From: Nymphaea colorata
Taxonomy: Eukaryota
Reading direction: 5' to 3'
Assembly: GCF_008831285.2 (NCBI RefSeq)
Contig: NC_045138.2
Span: 34,224,001-34,288,000, forward strand
DNA: 64,000 nt
Shown here in pieces: positions 62,450 to 64,000 of the stretch. Below the pieces are notes generated by a model. That model ran no database searches and had not been told where the DNA came from. It saw only the letters and a list, made by a program, of their open reading frames with translations. The position numbers were made by a program, and so were the translations under genes. Positions within the stretch are counted from its first letter, which is position 1. Each line of letters opens with the position of its first letter.

Positions 62450-63700
62450 ATCTCATCTCTGAAATAACAATCACTTGCCTTTTCGGACCCCTTATTCCAC
62501 CAAGAATTGCATGAGAAATGAGTCTCAAAACCAACTTATTAAATGCCATATGATTGTGTTCATGTATAGCGATATCATTCTTTGAGGGGAATGCCTTCCC
62601 TTCATTTGAGCTTCAAGCAGTTTACTCGAGAACCTCAACAGGATCACTAAAAGAATCATTAAAATAAGCAACTACCAAAAGAAATTGATGTACACCTAAA
62701 ATCTTCCTTATTGCCATCATATGTTGAACACATGCATTTGCCCCTTCAGGAAGCATAGTCAGTTATATAAAGCAAATTAGCTAATTGACTCCTATATGTT
62801 CCTTCTATAATAAAGTTTCTTTTACATCATAATGTCTTCATCAAAATCCATGAATCAGCAAAGGTTCCTCAGAGAAAATTTCTCTTGATAAATTCACAAT
62901 GGGAGGCTAACCACCTTAAACATTTAAAGACAACTCAAGGAGTTCAGTTGAACCTTACAACAATCCTGAAAGCAGCATGATATCTAATGCCTACCTCTAC
63001 ACTCAAAGCATAACAGGTTACAACTCAAGTTAAACATACTGCACATTGTTCTTCAACCGATGATAAGTAGTGCTGGTTGTCTACCAGTATCTATGAAACT
63101 AATAAGATGTAAAGCTGAAAGGCATCAAGACGTTACTTATTTGGCCATGTGCCTGGCTCTTCCATTTGAACACCTCACATTGTGTGGAAACTGCACAAGG
63201 TCCTTATCTATTTGTTTCTAAACAGTCCTACTCAAGTTGTTTAGTGCTTATCCCAGTGTTACTTTTGCATGGGAACTAATAGAATACTTCCACATCCTTC
63301 AAAAGGAAATGAGCAGAACATTCACAAAATAAGGCCAACCTCTTTTCTCCAGTAGCTAATGATAATTATAGGTGTGATATGCATAAACAAAGTGGATGTG
63401 CACCTTTAGACAAAAACTCTAGTGCCAGCTTGAACTTTTCAAGATTAATTTGAAAGCAATATCCTATAAGTTCCATAAGAAACAAATCACATCATCAAAT
63501 TTTCCACGCAAGTTCAACATAATGCTTTCACAATCCAATGTCTCACAATTATGCCTCTAGAGGAGACATTATATAACAATAACTACCATGCCCATCATCC
63601 ATCTATGCAGTCACTTGGAGTAAACATGAGATGAACCAAACTGCACTGGTGTGACTTGTGAGAGCTTAAGAAGGCTAATAAAGTATAAAGGCATTTCAAC
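62450..63700 (-). mobile_element. Possible very old LINE RT relic in an ATG18f intron
   Basis: Weak broken minus-strand resemblances in the expected order: KA..YVELAWK (about 63510), PYFVNVLLISF (about 63320), IKRNFL (about 62885). Confidence 0.3.
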
Positions 63701-64000
63701 TTGCATGCCCTCTCTTTTGGAGAACAGTGTTTGAGATATAAGTGCATGTGAGGACGGAACCAAGATGCAATTAAAGTGAACTGACGTTATTGCTCGAATA
63801 TATAGTTTTGCAACATAACCGGAACATGTGCCAGCACGCTCAATTGTTTTTCTTATCTAGACTAACTTCTCTTAAGCGGACCACAGAAGATAACGCAGCA
63901 TTCCATGGCCTGATTGGGTAACGCAATCTTGGATAGCAAATCATGTATAAGAAACAAGCAGAACAACTTCCAGCCTCAGCCATGCCAAACCATGAAACCA

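Overview
AT-rich flowering-plant nuclear DNA with six intron-containing genes: the first coding exon of GAUT12/IRX8 (-), ATXR2 SET/MYND methyltransferase (+), PEX22 (-), cyclin CYCU1-1 (-), the TIO/Fused kinase (-, 22 coding exons over about 24 kb) and the 3' part of ATG18f (-). Mobile DNA includes a full-length Copia LTR retrotransposon and a TRIM inside TIO introns, several Tourist- and hAT-like MITEs, degenerate L1-type LINE relics, and a 1.7-kb PIF/Harbinger deletion derivative nested in a LINE. The most unusual feature is that Harbinger element. Directly downstream of its transposase remnant it carries a small RNase H1 N-terminal (hybrid-binding, Cauli_VI-like) ORF, and after removal of a predicted 68-nt intron the transposase stop codon overlaps that ORF's start codons (ATGATG). 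Other notable items are a probable U12-type intron in ATXR2, a 42-nt U2 snRNA 5' fragment, and a CHG-deamination signature inside a Copia whose LTRs are almost identical. All assignments come from reading the sequence and recalled family motifs; no searches were run and the species was not determined.
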